Shown here piece by piece: positions 63,248 through 64,000 of a DNA stretch of 64,000 nucleotides (within the stretch, counting starts at the first letter, position 1; every line of letters starts with the position of its first letter). Source of the DNA: Chiloscyllium plagiosum (taxonomy: Eukaryota); NCBI RefSeq assembly GCF_004010195.1, contig NC_057720.1, positions 29,165,732-29,229,731 of the forward strand, in the 5' to 3' direction. A program made the translations under genes and the position numbers. The notes beneath the pieces were generated by a model that made no database searches, was not told the origin of the DNA, and saw only the letters and a list, made by a program, of their open reading frames with translations.

Positions 63248-64000
63248 AACAATAACAACACTGGGTAAACCCCTCTACTAGTTTAAACCTGACACAAAGA
63301 AGCTATAATCTATTAACTTTCGAGAGGCAAAGAACTATCCCAGAGGTCACTATTTAAAGTAAAAATTAACAATTTTATTCTTTAATTCCAACAGAGAATA
63401 TTAAATAACAGCTTTTTACAACTCCTTTCTCTTGAACCTATCTTTTACCTCTCACTCTACAATACCAGTCTGATAAATTCCCTCTTAAATTTACAGCAAA
63501 TCAGTTTCAAACCCAGTTGTCAACTTCGGATGTTGAACTTTATCTGTAGATTTCTCTAAGTTGGCTTCAGTCTTCTGCTGCAAAATTTCTTACGGACAGG
63601 TACCTTTCAAAGTGCTATTTTGCTGGCAGTTGTTGGTGCTTGGTAGCTCTTTGCTTCTCCCTAACTGTTCAAAACGTCTGGTTTTATACCCCAAAACATC
63701 AGATCATTCCATTGGTTTGATGTCATCAAAACATTAAATTCAAATTCGTTTGGAGTTTGGTATCTGAGGCATATTTAAACTGGCTGAATTTGAATTTGAT
63801 TTTGTACCAAGGCAACACAGCACCAGCTATTTGTGTCATCAAATGTTACATTTTTAAATTGTTCAGCACACTCTGTGCTTTCAGTCCTTGCCAGTTTCCT
63901 CTCTCTCTTAAAGGTATAGTATTCCTACACTTATATAACAAGATAATTTTAGATATGCCAAGAAATGTGATTTGGTTTAAGTAAGAAAAATAATTAAAGG

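Larger units (their letters stand above)
60815..63929 (-). mobile_element. 3'-truncated Gmr1-like Ty3/Gypsy LTR retrotransposon (5' LTR, PBS, gag, protease, start of integrase)
   Basis: LTR ~63251-63929 (reverse starts TGTAGGAATACTATACCTTTAAGAG); PBS; gag ATG at 63014; ORF 60858-62147 with IILLEEFKNSLP, CFHCGKVGHTKSLC knuckle, LRDTRSNQSL protease, then Q..D/YYL/QIVL...VAYELPVGGH integrase N-terminus. HE1 fragment nested at 62658-62815. Confidence 0.88.

Noticed and set aside
55726..64000. Final MOB3C coding exon (about xEMTxRICH-stop)
   Set aside because: No acceptor followed by such a sequence was found by eye; it probably lies beyond the window.

Overview
This is eukaryotic genomic DNA, almost certainly from an elasmobranch (shark): it is dense in HE1/V-domain SINEs, HER1/CR1 LINEs and a DeuSINE. 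The only host gene I can support is a MOB kinase activator 3 gene, most like MOB3C, on the + strand. Its coding exons are 24681-25098 and 55523-55725, split by a ~30.4 kb phase-1 intron. A candidate promoter/non-coding first exon lies at ~7.6-8.9 kb, and the short last coding exon was not found in the window. The rest is mostly transposon debris: many CR1 fragments (ORF1 esterase and zinc-finger, endonuclease and RT remnants), about ten HE1 SINEs, a Penelope GIY-YIG fragment, a truncated Gmr1-like Gypsy provirus with LTR and tRNA-Pro PBS, solo LTRs with TSDs, Tigger-like MITEs, a Rex1/Babar tail and a 98-N gap. Nearly all short ORFs in the track are repeat-derived. The most notable observations are: (1) Penelope terminal-repeat hairpins carrying minimal hammerhead ribozyme motifs, including a perfect 84-bp inverted pair present in only one of two near-identical flank copies; (2) a tRNA-Thr head fused to a CR1 3' tail, a candidate SINE distinct from HE1; (3) an exact 557-bp local duplication; (4) MOB1-like residues in the MOB3 protein; (5) an ISRE-like motif in the putative promoter. 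Repeat boundaries are manual estimates unless a TSD is quoted.
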